Assembly (NCBI RefSeq): GCF_018350175.1
Contig: NC_058368.1
Coordinates: forward strand, 170,378,001 to 170,442,000
DNA length: 64,000 nucleotides
Reading direction: 5' to 3'
Source: Felis catus
Taxonomy: Eukaryota
The notes under the pieces are model-generated. The model saw only the letters and a list, made by a program, of their open reading frames with translations. It was not told where the DNA came from and made no database searches. The first letter of the stretch is position 1. Every line of letters begins with the position of its first letter. Shown piece after piece: positions 23,115 to 36,208 of this stretch. A program made the position numbers and the translations under genes.

Positions 23115-23356
23115 GTTTCTTTTTTTCTTTCTTTTTTCCAAACACTTGGGCTTAAGCATTTCCTCATTTTTCTTTCAATTTTTTTTAAATGTTTATTCTT
23201 GAGAGAGAGAGAGAGACAGACTCTAAAGCAGGCTCCAGGCTCTGAGCTGTAAGCACAGAGCCCAAACGCAGGGCTCAAACCCATGAACTGTGAGATCATG
23301 ACCTGAGCCAAAATCAAAAGTCAGATGCTTAACCAACTGAACCACCCAGGTGCCCC
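23115..23356 (-). mobile_element. CAN-SINE with extended 3' tail
   Basis: Antisense body at 23180-23356 plus extra unique sequence and a second T-rich tract at 23115-23180. Confidence 0.9.
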
Positions 23357-23936
23357 AAGAGTGCCCATTTTCAACACTTCTAATCAACATAGTGCAGGCA
23401 ATCCTAGCCAGAGCAGTTAACCAAGAAGACAAAATAAAATGTAGGGAAAAACAAGTTGGAAGGAAAGAAATTAAATATGCCTGTTTCCAGCTGACATGAT
23501 CTTATATATAAGAAACCCTAAAGACTCCACAAGAAACTGTTCAAACTAATAAAAGAATTCAGTAAAGCTGCAGGATATGAAATCAATGTACAGAAGTCAC
23601 TTGCATTTCTACACACTAAAAACAATAGTATCAAAAAGAATAAACTACTTAGGAATAAATTTAACCAAGCTGGTGAAAAATCTGTACACTAAAAATTATA
23701 AGACACAGAAAACAAACTAAAGAAGATACAAATAAATGAAAAGAAGTTCTTGGACTAGAAGAAATAGTATTGTGAAAGTGTCTATACTACCCAAAACTAT
23801 CTAAAGATTTCAATGCAATCCTTATCAAAATTCCATTGGCATTTTTCATAGAAATAGAAAAAAATCCTAAAATTCATATGGAGTCACAAAAGACTCCAAA
23901 GCAGTCAAAACAGTCTTGAGCACAAAGAATAAAGCT

Positions 23937-26426
23937 ACATTCTTTCTTTGAGTTAAGATGGCAGAGTAACTGGGAGACCCTTTGCTTGCTTCATCCCTCC
24001 AACACAGCTAGATAAATATCAAACCATTCTGAACACCCAAAATATCACCGAGAGAATAAACTGTACAACAAAAAGGAGAAAAGAGGCCACATCATGGAAG
24101 GTAGGAGATGCAGAAACAGAATTTGGGGGTGAAAAGAATCAGAGGGGAGGGAGCCCTGATCACGGAGAAAGGAGGGAGAGAGAGTGACTGAGAGGGAGAA
24201 AGCGCAACATGCAGAGGATTACACAAGCAAAACACTTCCCCAAAACCATTGACTAGGAAAAACAAGTAGGGCTGATATTGCAAGTTTTGATAAGTAATGG
24301 AGTTCAAAGTCTGAAATTTGATAAGTCCACACCATAACTGGGCTGGAGCCTGGTGAGCAAACAGTACTCCTGTAGAGAAGGAGGGAAGGCAGAGGCCCAG
24401 GAGCAGACAGCATGGTCTGAGGATCCCCTGGGTTGCACTGGGAGAGACAGTTCCCTTTCTTGGAGTACCTCTCGGGGAACAAAAGAGCTAATGGGTACCA
24501 CTGGCCTGCCTGATTTATTAGCATAGGCACAGAGGCACCTATTGAGGACAGTTAACTTGGATGCCTGCTTTTTGCTGTAGTTTACCATAGAGTCCAAGTC
24601 CCTGCATGTTTGAGTGACTGCACTTCTGGAACAAACCAGCACCAGCCACAGTACAGTGAGACACTTCCCCAGAGGATTAGCATGAGTCTATGCTGCGCTG
24701 GGTCCCTAAAATTTGGAGTATCAAAACCCAGTTGAAAAGCCTCAGATAAAATACAGGAGCACTGCACTGCCAGGTGGATGGATGACTCAGACACAGACAG
24801 GGTGAAAGCAGGGATCTGAGGGATCCCTGGAACACACGAAAGGATATTGTACATTCTTCTGTGAGAGCTTCCTGAACAGTGGCAGGTGCAAACTCCCCTC
24901 TCCAGGGAGGAGAGAGCTGGCTGATGCCATTTTTATTCCCCACCCATCAGCACAGACTTACTTCAGTGAGCAACACAGTGTCCTCAGTGAAGGTTTGAGC
25001 TGCTTACACCAAGCACCACCTTCCTGTGCTCTTCTGGTGCTTTTTTATTAGAGCAAGAGAGCCTGAGAGCTAGAATAGCAGTGGGCCCCTCCCCCAGAAG
25101 ACTAGCACAAACCCCTTGCTGTACACACACCAAGTCTACTCACCAGAGAGTGCTGTAAAACTTCAGCTTTAGTGGAAATTAGATCTAGTCTTTTTAAACA
25201 AGCAGGCCAAAACACACCTAGTTAAAACTCACCACACAGTGGGCAAGGTCTAAACACTCCCCAGTGCAGGCAAGATGAAACTCTGATGTTGGCTGTAATT
25301 ATATCTTACTAGATACATCTCCAGAGGCAATGGAAACAAAAGCAAAAATGAACTACTGAGACTTAATCAAGATAAAAAGCTTCTGCACAGTGAGGGAAAC
25401 AATCATCAAAACTCAAAGGCAACTTAATGGCATGAGAGGGCAACTTATGGCATGCGAGAAGATATTTGCAAATATCATATCTGATAAAGGGTTAGTATCC
25501 AAAATCTACAAAGAACTTGTCAAACTGAACATGCAATAACCAAATAATCCAGTTAAGAAATGAGCAGAAGACATGAATAGACATTTTTCCAAGGAAGATA
25601 TTCAGATGGCTAACAGACACATGAAAAAATGCTCAACAACACTCATCATTAGGGAAATACAAATCAAAACCATGATGGCTAAAATTAACAGCACAAGAAA
25701 CAAAAGATCTTGGTGAGGTTGCAGAGAAAGGGGAATCCTCTTACAGTGTTGGTGGGAATGCAAATTAGGGCAGCCACTCTAGAAAACAATATGGAGTTTC
25801 CTCAAAAATTAAAAATAGAACTACCTTATGATCCAGCAATTGCACTCCAAGGTATCCACCCAAACGATATGAAAATATTGATTTAAAAGGGCACATGCAC
25901 CCCGATATTTATAGCAGCATTATCAACAATAGGCAAATTATGGAAAGAACCCAAATGACCATCCACTTCTGAATGGATAAAGAAAGAAGATATATATATA
26001 TAGATATAGATATAGATATATATATATATATATATATATATCATGGAATATTACCAAGTCATCACTAAGAATGAAATTTTGCCATTTGCAATGACATGGA
26101 TGGAGCTAGAGTGTGTTATGCTAAGTGAAATAAGTTGGTCAGAGAAATACTGTATCATGATTTCATTCATACGTGGAATTTGAGAAACAAAACAGATGAA
26201 CATAGGGGAAGGAAGAAAAAATACACAGGGAAGCAAATCATAAGAGACCCTTAACTATAGAGAATAAAGTGAGGGTTGCTGAAGGGGGGGTGGGCAGAAG
26301 ATAGGCTAAATGTATAAAGGAGGGCACTTGTGATGGGCACTGGGTGTTACACTTAAGTGATAAATCACTAAATTCTACTGCTGGAACCAATATTACACCA
26401 TATGTTAACTAACTAAAATTAAATAA
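23937..26426 (+). mobile_element. Carnivore L1 with 5' UTR fused directly to the end of ORF2 (ORF1 and most of ORF2 missing)
   Basis: gttaagatggcagagtaactgggagaccc 5' end; junction at ~25280; ORF2 C-terminus and 3' UTR to gttaactaactaaaattaaataa. Confidence 0.88.
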
Positions 26427-27675
26427 CCAGTTAAGATGATGGAGAAGTAGGGGGCCCAGGATTTCTCTTGTCCCTCAAACGCAACTGTATTGAGGTCAGA
26501 ACACTTGGAACACCCAGGAATACAGGCTGTGGAGCAACAGAAAAACCTCTACAGGTAGATGGAGACAGCTTGGTGGGACAAAGGTGCATGCATGCAAATT
26601 GGGAGAGATAAAAGGACAGTAGGGGAGGGGACCCCTTCCATGCAAAGACAAAACGAAGAGAAAGAGAGGCTGTGGAAGTGTAGTACTATATTTGGACAAG
26701 ACAAAAACCTCTCCCAAAACGGACTGGGGAATAAGAAATACAGAGAGAGCCTGTTTCTACTTTGCAAACAGCCCTAGGAGTTCAAGAATGGAATTTTCAG
26801 GGTGTGCGCAATGTTTCCAGACCTGAGCTACCATTATGGGTCTGCACCTTTGGGGGGGGGGGGCATGCTAGTGATGTCAGGGGCGCACTGGGAGACAACA
26901 GTCTCTTCCCTGGAGTACTGTGGGAAGAGGGCTTATTGCCCCCCACCCCCAAGGACAAAAGATCCTGCAGGCACCAGCCAGAGGCCCTTTGTCAGCCAGG
27001 CAGAGTGGCACTACCCCAGAACCAGCTCCATGAAGTGTGGAATCCTTTAACACATCAAGTTTTCAATCCCAGCCGAGTGCCTAGTAGGCACAAGACACTG
27101 TGGAGCAGGACAAGCCAGTAGCCTGCACTACTCTGTGAGGGCTGCCTGAATAGCATGGTTTGGGACACCTGGTCTGGGGAAGAGAGACTGGGATGTCGCC
27201 ATTTTTCTCCCCATCACCAAAAGGTGGCACTTCAGGGAACAGGACAGTGGCCCCCAGTGGAGACGGGACCTGCTTACACAAAATCCCGCCCCTCTGTGCC
27301 TGGTAACTGCTTTTCTACTGTAGTGGGACTGACACTGACCAAACCAGAAGGCCTCTCCCCTCGGACACCCACTAGTCCCAGGCACCAACAGACAACTGTC
27401 CTGCAGTTTTGTATGTTAGTCTGTTTTTAATTTTTTTCTCTTTTCTATTCTTTCCTTATCTTCTCTTTTCCCTTCTTTTTCTTTCTACCCTCCTCTTTTT
27501 TTTCTTTTTTCTTTTTTCTTTTTTTCCCTTTGGAATCAGGCTTATAGTTTCTGATTTGATTTTTGGTCAATATTTAATTTCTTTCTTTCCTTTTTCTCTG
27601 TTCAGGTTGTTTGTTTACTCAGGCATTTTTACTCTAGCCTTTTTACACCTTTTCTGTATCTCCTTCTTTATTTCC

Positions 27676-27740
<65 letters not shown>

Positions 27741-28087
27741 TAAGCCTATTGTTTCTTTGATTCTCTGCTGGGTCTTTTTTTCCCTCCCCTTTCATTTCTC
27801 TCTTTGTATGGAATAAGGTACCGCCCTCCCAACTTTCCTTTTTTCTAGGGTTACTTCAATGAAAAGATCAGAGCACACCTGGTGGAAGGTCCAAACAATC
27901 CACCGCTATAAGCAGTGAGACAGAGCAGTCAAATATGCAATAACAGAGTGCATGCAACACACTCCCCAAACACTTCCTGAAGTGCCAGCCCTGGACAGTG
28001 TATGATCCTTTTTAATATAATACTGTCTACAGGTACAGAATGCATAATAAGCTATTAAAACACACAAAAGACAGAAACATAGCCAAA

Positions 28088-29030
28088 ATGACAAAATGGA
28101 AGAATTTTCCTCAAAAGAAATTCCAGGAAGAAATGACAGCCAGAGAATTGTTCAAAACAGATATAAACAATATATCTGAACAAGAATTTAGAATAATAGT
28201 CATAAGACTAATAGCTGGCCTTGAAAAAAGCAAATAATACAGCAGAGAATCTATTGCGGCAGAGATCAAAGACCTAAGAAATAGTCATGATGAATTAAGA
28301 AATGTTGTAAATGAGATGCAAAATAAACTAGATGCAGAGACAGCAGGGATGAAAGAAGCAGAGGACAGAATAGATGAAACAGAAGGTAAAATTATGGAAA
28401 ATGACAAAGCTGAAAAAAAGAGGGAAAGGAAATTACTAGACCACACGGGGAGAATTAGAGACCTAAGCTATTCAATGAAATGAAATAATATCCGTATCGT
28501 AGGAGTTCCAGAAGAAGTGAGAAAGAAAGAAGGTTTATTTGAACAAATTATAGCGGATAACTTCCTTAATCTAGGGAAGGAAACAGACATCCAAGTCCAA
28601 GAGGCACAAGAGAACTCTCTTCAAAATCAACAAAAACAGGTCAACAGCATGACATATCATAGTGAAACTAGCAAAATACAAGATAAAGAGAGAATTCTGA
28701 AAGCAGTTAGGGACAAACAGGCCTTAACCTACCAGGGTAGACACATAAGGGTAGTAGCAGAACTGTCCACTGAAACTTGGAAGGCCAAAAGAGAGTTGCA
28801 GGAAATATTCAATATTCTGAATAGAAAAAATGTGCAGCCAATAATCTTTTATCCAACAAGGTTGTTATTCAGAATAGAAGGAGAGACTTCTAATAGAAGA
28901 TTTTTCCAGCAAAACAAAAACTAAAGGAGTCCAGGACCCCTGCAGGAAATCCTATGGGGGACTCTGTGAGTGGAAAGCAGCAAAGACTACAAAGGGCCAG
29001 AGACATCACAAGCACAAAACCCTCATATAA
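28088..29030 (+). pseudogene. L1 ORF1p remnant
   Basis: MTKWKNFPQKKFQEEMTAREL…EQEFRIIVIRLIAGLEK; LFEQIIADNFLNLGKETDIQVQEAQ; DKERILKAVRDKQALTYQGRHIRVVAELSTETWKAKRE; stops and frameshifts. Confidence 0.92.
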
Positions 29031-29164
29031 CACAATGACACTAAATTCATATCTTTCAATAATAACTCTGAATGTAAATGGACTAAATGCCCCAATCAAA
29101 AGACATAGGGTATCAAAATGGATTAAAAAAAATAAGATCCATCTATATTCTGCCTACAAGAGAC

Positions 29165-29280
29165 TCTGTGCCAACCGCTCAGAGTCTAGAGTCTGCTTTG
29201 GATTTTGTCTCCCTCTCTCTCTGCCCCTCCCCTATTCACACTTGCCTCTCTCAAAAATAAACATTAAAAAAAATTTAAAA
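29165..29280 (+). mobile_element. 5'-truncated CAN-SINE in L1 ORF2
   Basis: ctctgtgccaaccgctcagagtctagagtctgctttggattttgtctccc…aaaataaacattaaaaaaa. Confidence 0.88.
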
Positions 29281-29788
29281 AGGAAAGCTTGAGTAGCCAT
29301 ACTTACATCAGACAAACTAGATTTTAAAGAAAGACTTTAACAAGAGATGAAGAAGGGCATTACATCATAATTAAGGGGTCTATCCATCAAGAAGAGCTAA
29401 CAATTGTAAATGTTTATGACCCCAATGTGAAAGAACTCAAATATATAAATCAATCACAAATATAAATAAATGTATAGATAATAATACTGTGATTGTAGAG
29501 GACTTTAATACTTCACTAACAGCAAAGAATAGATCATCTAGTCAAAAAATCAATAAGGAAACAACGGTTCTGAATGACACATTGGAATAGATGGACTTAA
29601 TAGATATATTCAGAATTTTTCATCCAAAGCAGAAGAATACACATTCTTCTCAAGTACACATGGAATATTCTCCAAAACACATCACATACTGGGTCACAAA
29701 ACAGCCCTCAACAAATACAAACGGATTGAGACTATACTATGTAGATTATCAGATCACAACACTATGAAACTTGAAATCAATCACAGGA

Positions 29789-30013
29789 GGGGCGCCTGGG
29801 TGGCTCAGTCGGTTATGCGACCGACTTCGGCTCAGGTCATGATCTCGCGGTCCGTGAGTTCGAGCCCCGCGTTGAGCTCTGTGCTGACAGCTCAGAGCCT
29901 GGAGCCTGTTTTGGATTCTGTGTCTCCCTCTCTCTGACCCTCCCCTGTTCATGCTCTGTCTCTCCCTGTCTCAAAAATAAATTTGAAAAAAGTTTAAAAA
30001 ATTTAAAAAAAAA
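29789..30013 (+). mobile_element. Young CAN-SINE
   Basis: CpG-rich ggggcgcctgggtggctcagtcggt…; TSD gaaatcaa(t/c)cacagga. Confidence 0.97.
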
Positions 30014-32852
30014 GAAATCAACCACAGGAAAACATTTTTAAATCCCCAAATACATGGAGGGTAAAAAACATTCTACTAAGGAATTAATGGGTCAACCAGG
30101 AAATTAAAGAAACAATTTAAAAAAATATGGAAACAAATGAAAATGAAACCACGACAGTCCAAACCCTTTAGGGTACAGCAAATGCAGTCCTAAGGGGAAA
30201 ATACATTGTAATGCAATTCAGGGCTATCTCAAGAAGGAAGAAATGTCCCAAATACATAACCTAACCTAATACTTAAAGGAACCAGAAAGGCAGTAGCAAA
30301 GAAATCCCAAAGCAAGCAGAAGAAAAGAAATAATAAAGATTAGAGAAGACATAAACAACATAGAATCCAAAAAACAAAACAAACAAAAAAACCAGATCAA
30401 TGAATTTAAGAGCTGTTTTTTCTAAAGAATAAATAAAATTAATAAGCCCTTATCCAGACTTATAAAAAACAAGAGAGAGAGATCCCAAATAGATAAAATC
30501 ATGAATGAAAGAGGAGAAATCACAACCAACACACAGAAATACAAACAATTATAAGAGATATTATGAAAAATTATATGCCAACAAATTGGGCAGTCTAGAA
30601 GAGATGGATAAATTCCTAGAAACATATAAACTACCAAAATTGAAACAGGAAGAAATAGAAAATGTGAATAGACCTCTAACCAATAAAGAAATTGAATCAG
30701 TAATTAATAATCTCCCAACAAACAACAGTCCAGGGCCAGATATCTTCCCAGGTGAAGTCTACAAAACATTTAAAGAAGAATTAACACCTACTCTTCTCAA
30801 ACTGTTCCAAAGAATAGAAATGGAAGTAAAACCTCCAAACTCATTCTATGAGGCCAGCATTACCTTGATTCCCAAACCAGACAAAAAACTCCACTAAAAA
30901 GGAGAATTACAGGCCAATATCCCTGAAGAACACAGATGCAAAAATTCTCAACAAGATACTAACAAATCAAATTCAACAGTATACTAGAAGAATTATTCAT
31001 CATGATCAAATGGATTCATTTCTGGGCTGCAGGGCTGGTTCAATATTCTCAAATCAATCAACGTGATATATCACATTAATAAAGAAAGGATAAGAACCAT
31101 ATTATCCTTTCAATAGATGCAGAAAAAGCATTTGACAAAATATAGCATCCTTTCTTAATAAAAACCCTCAAGAAAGTCAGGATAAAAGGAACATACATTA
31201 ACATCATAAAAGCCATATATGAAAGGCCCACAGCAATATCATCCTCAATGGGTAAAAACTTAAAGCTTTCCCCTTAAGATCAGGAACATGGCAGGGATGT
31301 CCACTCTCACCACTGTTGTTTAAGATAGTGTTGGAAATCCTAACCTCAGCAATCAGACAACAAAATGAAATAAAAGGCATCCAAATTGGCAAAGAAGTCA
31401 ATCTTTCACTTTTCACAAATGACATGATACTCTACATGGAAAACCCAAAAAACTCCACCCCCAAACTGCTAGAACTGATACATGGATTCAGCAAAATCGC
31501 AGGATATAAAATCAATTGTACAGAAATCTGTCGCTTTTCTATACACTAATAAAGAAGCAGCAGAAAGAGAAATCAAGGAATCAATCCCATTTATAATTGC
31601 ACTGAAAACCATAAAATACCTAGGAATAAACCTAACCAAAGGGGTAAAAGATCTGTATGTTGAAAACTATAGAAAGCTTAAGAAAGAAACTGAAGAAGAC
31701 ACAAAGAAATGGACAAGCATCCCATGCTCATGGATTGGAAAAACAAATATTGTTAAAATATCGATATTACCCAAGGCAATTTCCATCAAATCCCATTCAA
31801 TGAAATTCCCATCAAAACACCACCAGCATTCTTCACAGAGCTATAACAAATAATGCTAAAATTTGTATGGAACCACAAAAGACCCTGAATAGCCAAAGTA
31901 AGGCAAAGTTGAAAAAGAAAACCAAAGTGGGAGGTATCACAATCCCAGATTTTAGCTTCTACTACAAAGCTGTAATCATCACGACAGTATGGTGTTGCCC
32001 AAAAACAGACACATAGCCAAATGGAATAGAATAAAGACTCCAGAAGTGGATCCACAAATGTATGGCCAACTAATCTGGAAACTGGACCACTTTCTTGCCC
32101 ATACACAAAAATAAATTCAAACTGAATGAAAGACCCAAATGTGAGACAGGAAACCATCAACCTCTTTGACCTTGGCTGCAGCAATTTCTTACTTGACATG
32201 TCTCCGAAGACAAGGGAAACAAAAGCAAAAATGAACTATTGGGACCTCATGAAGATAAAAAGCTTCTGCACAGCAAAGGAAACAATTAAAAACTAAAAGG
32301 CAACCGATGGAATGGGAGAAGATATCTGCAAATGACATATGTGAAAGGGTTAGTATCCCAAATCTATAAAGAACTTAACCAAACTCAACACCTGAAAGGC
32401 AAATAATCCAGTGAAAAATGAGAGGACATGAATAGACACTTCCAAAGAAGACATCCAGGTGACATACAGGCATGAAATGATGCTCAACATCACTCATCAT
32501 CAGGGAAATACAAATCAAAATCACATTGAGACACCACCTCACACCAGTCAGTGTGGTTAAAATTAACAACTCATGAAACAACAGATAACGGCAAGGATGT
32601 GGAGTTTGTGGAGGATCTGGATCTGCACTATTGGTGTGAATGCATACTGGTACAGCCACTCTGGAAAACAGGGTGGGGTTCCTCAAAAAATTAAAAATAA
32701 AAGTATCTTATGACTGAGCAATAGCACTACTATGAATTTATCCGAAGGATACAGGAGTGCTGAATTGTAGGGGCACATATACCCCAATGTTTACAGTAGC
32801 ACTATCAACAATAGCCAAATTATGGAAAGAGAATGGATAAAGAAGATGTGAG

Positions 32853-32898
<46 letters not shown>

Positions 32899-33319
32899 CT
32901 TGGCAACAAAAAAGAATGAAATCTTGCTATTTGCAACAATGTGGATGGAACTGAAGGGTATTATGCTAAGTGAAATAAGTTAGAGAAAGATAGATATCAT
33001 ATGATTTCACTCATATGTGGAATTTGAGAAACTTAACAGAAGACCATAGGGGAAGGGAAGGAAAAATAAGATACAAACAGAGAGGGGAGCAAACCATGAG
33101 ACTCTTAAATACAGATAACAAACTGAGGGTTGATGTGGGGTGGGGGGGGTGGTTAGCAGGGTGGAGAAATGAGTGATGGGCATTGAAGAGGGCACTTGTT
33201 GGGATGAGCACGGGGTATTGTATATAAGTGATGAATCACAGGAATCTACTCCTGAAGCCAAGACTACACTGTATATTAGCTAACTTGACAATAAAAAAAA
33301 ACTTGAAACAAACAAACTA

Positions 33320-34972
33320 AAAGAATAAAGCTGGAGGCATCACACTTCTGATTTCAAACTATATTACAAAACTATAGTATTCAAAACATGATGGTACTGG
33401 AATAAAAACAGACCAATGGAGCAGAATAGAAAGTCCAGAAATAAACACACACACATATATATAATAACTAATCTATGACAAGAGTGCCAAGAATAAACAA
33501 TGGAGAAAAGACAGTCTCTTCAGTAAATGGTGTTGGGAAAACTGGATATTCACATGCCAAAGAATAAATTGGGCCCTTATCTCACACCACATACAAAAAT
33601 CAACTCAAAGTGGATTAAAAACTTCAAATAAGACCAGAAACCAAAAAACTCCTAGGGGAAAAAAACATGTCAAGTTTCTTGGCATTGGCATTGGCAACAA
33701 TTTTTTTGATATAACACCAAAAGCACAGGCAACAAAAGCAAAAATAAACAAGTGACATTACATCAAACTAAAAAAGTTATTTACAGCAATGTAAACAATC
33801 AACAAAATGAAAAGGCAACCTAAAGAATAAGAGAGACTATAAACCATTTATATGATAAGGGGTTAATATTCAAAATATATAAGGAATTCTTACAACCCAA
33901 TAGCAAAAGAGCATAACTTGATTAAAACATGGCCAAAGGACCGTAATAGACATTTTTTCAAAGAAGACATACAAAGGGCCAACAGATACATAAAAAGGTG
34001 CTCACCATCACTAATCATCAGGGAAATGTAAATCATAACAACGAGATATCACTTCATATCTGTTAGGATGGTTATTGTCAAAAAGATAAGCAATAAGTGT
34101 GCGAAAGCTATGAAGAAAAGGGAGCCCTTGTACACTGTTGGTGGAAATGTAAATTGGTATAGCCCTTATGGATAACAGTATGGAACTTACTAAAAAAATT
34201 AAGAATAGATTATCATATGACCCAGCTGTCCCCCTAGTGGGTATATATCCAAAGAAAATGAAATCAGAATCTCAGACATATCTGCACTGCCATGTTCATT
34301 GCAGCATTATTCGTAATAGCAAAAATATGTAAATGACCTGTGTCCATCAACAGATAAAGAAAATGTGGTATACTTATATACCACATATATATAAATATAA
34401 ATTTGTATATATACATATAAATTTGTATGTGTATTTAAATGTATACACACTCATATCCATATACCTACACACACAGGAAAGTTATTAATCCATTAAAAAA
34501 AAGAAATCCTGCCATTTGCGACAACATGAACGAATCTTTAGGATATTATGCAAAGTGAAATACACCAGACAGAGAAAGATATATATAATCTGACTTCACT
34601 TATATGTGGAATTTAAGTCATTGAACTTACAGGCTGCCAGGGGCTAAGGGATGGGAGAAAATAGGGATATGTGGCCAAATGGTACAAACTTTCAGTTATA
34701 AGATGAACAAATTCTGCAAATCTAATGTACAGCATGGTGAATATAGTTAAAAATACTTTATTCTGTACTTGAAATCAGCTAAAAAAGTAGATCTTAAACG
34801 TTCTCACCACACCCCCCAAAATGGTACACGTGTGAGGTGATGTATGTGTTAATTAGCTTGACTGTGTTAATCATTTCACGATGTATACATATATCAAACT
34901 ATCACATGTACATCTTAAATATATATATGGTTTTAATTTATCAATTATGCCTCCACAAAGTTGGGGGTAAAA
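33320..34972 (+). mobile_element. Old L1 (L1MA-like) right part: ORF2 end and 3' UTR
   Basis: Resumes at aaagaataaagctggaggcatcacactt; 3' UTR ggtacaaactttcagttataagatgaa…aaagttgggggtaaaaa. Confidence 0.92.
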
Positions 34973-36041
34973 AAGTTCTTTATGTTGTTGTTTATTAATT
35001 TTCAGTGGGCAAAGTTTCTAGTTGGAGATTCCTGGTTTCAATTTCATTGTTTTCTCAATTTTCTTCTATCAGGTTATATGAGATAACTTATGAAAACTTC
35101 AGTTTTCTTAGAATTAAAAAAACCAACTTCCCATTTCTGTCTTTTCTCAGATCTTTCTAGGATTGTCAGAAAGTGTTTATTATTTCTTATATTAATGAGG
35201 TGAGTATTCCAAGTCTGACCTCATACTTAAACATAAAAAGCCTGAAACACAGAGACTATAACATGTAGTAAATTAATCCTCTTTTACCTATGACTTTTAT
35301 AATCTATATTTATAATAAACAGGAGGAGTGTGTGGGAAAGCCAGCTTTGCCAAAAATAGTAATATCCTCAGTCTTAATGCTTGATAGTGGATGAAGTACC
35401 TACAGGGCATTACTGTGGGACTGACCACCCAACCCCTCTCTCATTTTGAAAATGGCTCCCTCTTCCCCATCCATATGTTGGTAGAAGTAGCTTAATTAAT
35501 GCTTAACCCTTGCATTAACTGGGTATTGGGTGTTGGTCTGGATCTTAGCATCTTACCCAAGCTGAGTCAGTGAGATTTGGCAATTTTGAGACTGGGACTT
35601 AGAAAGTGATCACACTATGTACTCCGAGTATCAATTTCCTTCCCAATTTATTGTTACCTATCTCAAGTCTATGTGTAAATGGATTCTCTTCCTGTATTGT
35701 CCACATAGCCATTATGTCACAGTCCTCACTATGGTCCACCATAATATTTCTAGCTTCTCCATAAGAAAACTTTACATTGCTGCTGGTCGCTCTCTATCTG
35801 CTGGGACGTAGTCACCTCAATAATATACTGTTGTCTGTGCCAACAAAAGTTGGTACTGGTACCAACAAAAGGGTTACCCTGTTTCAGGGTACATTTCCTG
35901 TATTGCCCATTCTTTAATTCCACTGAGTATCATTACATGAAGTTAAACAGCTGTATTAGTCTTTACAGAAAGATTGAAGTAACTAAAGGAAATTACAACA
36001 TAAAAGGGAGAAAATTAAACTAAGTAGTATAACAACTACCG

Positions 36042-36208
36042 CAGTGTTTCATAACTTCGTGTGGAGAAAATGTCCAGACCATGAACCATACAAAGGCGAT
36101 CATCCAAAAGTATGAATAACGTGATAATGCTACAGTTGACTTATTTTTGGTCAAACATGCATCTATTAATTTAAATGTATTTAAATATGTCTTCTAAATT
36201 GAACACTG
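36042..36208. mobile_element. Possible hAT-type MITE remnant
   Basis: Termini cagtgtttca / tgaacactg form an imperfect TIR; no TSD seen. Confidence 0.3.

Larger units (their letters stand above)
22185..23936 (+). mobile_element. Old L1 (L1MA-like) ORF2 remnant, left part
   Basis: tactatgaacaaatt…gaagaaatggataaat…ttccaaacttattttacaagg RT-domain nucleotide sequence; interrupted by two SINEs. Confidence 0.9.
29035..32990 (+). pseudogene. L1 ORF2p (EN/RT) remnant
   Basis: [79 protein letters not shown]; many disruptions. Confidence 0.95.
26427..33300 (+). mobile_element. Near full-length carnivore/feline L1, inactivated
   Basis: 5' UTR (gttaagatgatggagaagtagggg), ORF1, ORF2, 3' UTR ending in ctaacttgacaataaaaaa. 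Confidence 0.95.

Noticed and set aside
29789..29880. tRNA gene
   Set aside because: The A/B boxes belong to the tRNA-derived head of a CAN-SINE
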